Shown piece after piece: positions 61,201 through 64,000 of a stretch of 64,000 nt of DNA. A model generated the notes under the pieces. That model had not been told where the DNA came from. It searched no databases and saw only the letters and a list, made by a program, of their open reading frames with translations. Made by a program: the position numbers and the translations under genes. The stretch spans positions 1 through 64,000 of the forward strand of contig JAUGWO010000051.1 of assembly GCA_049724395.1 (NCBI GenBank), given 5' to 3'. Positions within the stretch are counted from its first letter, which is position 1, and each line of letters begins with the position of its first letter. Source of the DNA: Spongospora subterranea f. sp. subterranea (Eukaryota).

Positions 61201-64000
61201 AGGAGCCATTGACGACGCTTGCGTAGCCATTCTGGACACATCCTCCAAATTGACATTATGCGCAATCGATGACGCTTGTGAAGCCATTCTTTGCATGTTG
61301 TCGAAATTGACCTCAGGAGCCATTGACGACGCTTGCGTAGCCATTCTGGACACATCCTCCAAATTGACATTATGCGCAATCGATGACGCTTGTGAAGCCA
61401 TTCTTTGCATGTTGTCGAGATTGACCTCAGGAGCCATTGACGACGCTTGGGTAGCCATCCTGGACACATCCTCCAAATTGACCTGATTCGCAATCGATGA
61501 CGCTTGTGAAGCCATTCTTTGCATGTTGTCGAGATTGACCTCAGGAGCCATTGACGACGCTTGGGTAGCCATCCTGGACACATCCTTCAAATTGACCTGA
61601 TTCGCAATCGATGACGCTTGTGAAGCCATTCTTTGCATATTGTCCAGATTGACCTCAGGAGCCATTGACGACGCTTGCGTAGCCATTCTGGATACATCCT
61701 CCAAATTGACCTTTTTCGCAATCGATGACGCTTGTGAAACCATTCTTTGCATATTGTCGAGATTGACCTCAGGAGCCATTGACGACGCTTGCGTAGCCAT
61801 TCTGGTTACATCCTCCAAATTGACCTTTTTCGCAATCGATGACGCTTGTGAAGCCATTCTTAGCATATTGTCGAGATTGACCTCAGGAGCCATTGACGAC
61901 GCTTGCGTAGCCATTCTGGACACATCCTCCAAATTGACATTATGCGCAATCGATGACGCTTGTGAAGCGATTCTTTGCATGTTGTCGAGATTGACCTCAG
62001 GAGCCATTGATGACGCTTGCGTAGCCATCCTGTTGACATCCTCCAGATTGATCTTATGAGCAAGCGATGATGCCTGTGAAGCCACCCTGTGCATATTCTC
62101 AATATTAACCGCAGAAGCAATCGACGACGCTTGCGATGCCATCCTTCGCATATTCTCTATATTGGCCTCAGGGGAAATCGACGCCGCTTGCATAGCCATA
62201 CTGGATATATCCTCCAGATTGACCTGTTCAGCAAGCGACGAGGCCTGTGAAGCCATCCTTTGCATATTGTCGATGTTGACTTCAGGAGTAAGCGACGAAG
62301 CTTGTGAAGCCATCCTGCCTAGATTGTCCAATCCGATTGCATTGCCGGATAACTGCGCCTGAGCACCCACCCGCTGCAGATGGGCAACGTTTATTGTTTC
62401 ACCTGTCTCAGAAATCTGCCCCATAGAACTCTGAACATTGCCCATACTGATTGAAGACGTTTCTTGTGGCAATACACTTGTGAATTTCGACCTTGAGCCC
62501 ACATCCCCAATATGTGCAGACACTGATGCAGACGAAGTGGGCAAAGCGTCACCGGAAATATCGCTAACCAAGGTGTGATAAGCCCCTCGAAACTGCTCTT
62601 TTGCTTGAGAACTAAATATCGCAGCCTGGTCCAAGACATCTGATGGAACATGCGATGCTGCTGCAGTGCGAATTTTAGAGGAAACATCGTCAAGCTGAGG
62701 ATGTTGGAGTTGTTTGACATCAATTCCCAAAAGTTTGTCTGGTAGCGTACTGGACAAAACCGGACCCTGAATTGTATCATTTCCGGCATTGCTATCGCTT
62801 GCCTCGATCTGATCATTCAATGAGGAGAGCATTGCATCAACATCCTTTCGACGGCTTTCAACACCTTCACGCAAACTCGAGCTTGCTTCCGCAACTAGCT
62901 CACTCAGTCCATTTGACCCTTGTTGAACCACACTCGCAACATTTTCAGCTACAAATGCCCCGCTATTCTGGACTTGCACTTTCAGATCACGCACAGTAAC
63001 AAGTTTCTCAGAAGCATTATGGATTGAATCAAAATTTGCTGCAGCAATGCTGCTGATAGAACTCAAACCGGAAGTTCCAGTGTTTTTCAGAGGTTGTATC
63101 TGCGTTTCAATGTCGGACGCAAACTCAGAAATAACCGTTGGGTCAACGGATTTCGCAGTGGCCGCCACTGAAAAAGATAGTGCTTCGACATTATGGGCGC
63201 CTGGAAACGCGGAGGTTGCGTTTGATATTGACGTTTCGAGCATGCGCACGTCCTCGTTGGCCCTTAGGAGGTCAATGTCGTCATGTATCGTGGATGCGGC
63301 TAATGCACCTGACGACAAAGCGATTGTCGTTGCCGATTTCGCTGCGTTAGATATTATGGGGGAAGAGTCTTGCACCATTGTTGCCACATGGCTGGCCATC
63401 GCGTTGGCAGGTACTGATAATGGTGCTGTCATTTTTGAAGCAACTTGCCTGACTTTATCCGCGTTCGCCAACGAGACATCCCCTGCTGCTGCTGCCGTCG
63501 TGACTGCTGTTTGCGAAACCATGCTCGCGACCCCCGCAGTAGTGTTTCGAGCACCTGCTGCGATACTTCCAGCTTCAGTTGCAACGTTTGCAATCGTTGG
63601 AGCTACGGAAAACTGCGAAGCAGCTGTAGTAACAGATCCTAATACTGCCTAAAAGGGGTAAGGGTTTACTTTGACTGAGTTGCATTACAAGCAGCAACAA
63701 ACGGACCGGTAAAGAATCAAGCACTGGTAATTCCTGTGCCAATTTCTCGAATTGCTCTTCTGCCGCATTTGTAGCTTTTGCCAACTGTAACAGCAAGTTA
63801 ACTTAGCGTACCCGTAAAACAAGCTATAATTGGAACAGAAAGCACGATAAGCTTTTTCTCTTCGCCTTTACCTCAAAAATACGTTGGTTTTGCAACGCGA
63901 ATTTTCTTGCGGCCAGAAACAGCCGAACTGGAGATGCCAGCACTGTGAAGAGGAACATGACAATTGATATTGCGTTGAACAGAAACAAAATAGCTGCTCC
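58262..64000 (-). CDS. 3' portion of a very large membrane protein with a tandem 38-aa repeat domain; starts beyond the right edge
   Basis: Predicted exons 64000-63872 (TM GAAILFLFNAISIVMFLFTVLA), 63784-63707, 63648-58552 (one frameshift near 58892) and 58500-58262, joined by in-phase GT-AG introns. Confidence 0.8.
58900..62330 (-). repeat. Coding tandem array, 114-bp period (2 x 57 bp), about 30 units
   Basis: NLDNMQRMASQASSIAHNV alternating with NLEDVSRMATQASSMAPEV. Confidence 0.97.

Noticed and set aside
58917..62120. Long alternative-frame and antisense ORFs (e.g. 535 aa at 59976-61583)
   Set aside because: Shadows of the in-frame tandem repeat with implausible composition.

Overview
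Eukaryotic, transposon-saturated accessory region from an organism with short (~50 bp) GT-AG introns; a protist or fungus-like parasite is plausible but the taxon cannot be established from sequence alone. The left 38 kb is a nest of mostly dead mobile elements: a piggyBac-like DDD transposase with a YqaJ/lambda-exonuclease plus SAP module inserted in its catalytic core, several Ty3/gypsy chromovirus remnants (one with a probable self-priming PBS), PIF/Harbinger, hAT, Stowaway-type mariner, a Crypton-like tyrosine recombinase, and a Ty1/copia element (TSD CAATG) inserted into a LINE that appears to carry an OTU protease and PIP boxes upstream of APE-RT. A few intact host-like genes sit among them (7TM GPCR-like, secreted protein, Gly-rich protein). 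The 39-56 kb region is a tandem array of at least six copies of an unknown single-pass membrane protein family plus a second pseudogenised family, interrupted by pogo and MULE elements. The right end holds the 3' part of a very large membrane protein with about 30 copies of a 38-aa repeat. Short, slightly diverged fold-back inverted duplications recur inside five unrelated elements. All domain calls are from motif recognition by eye; no database searches were run.
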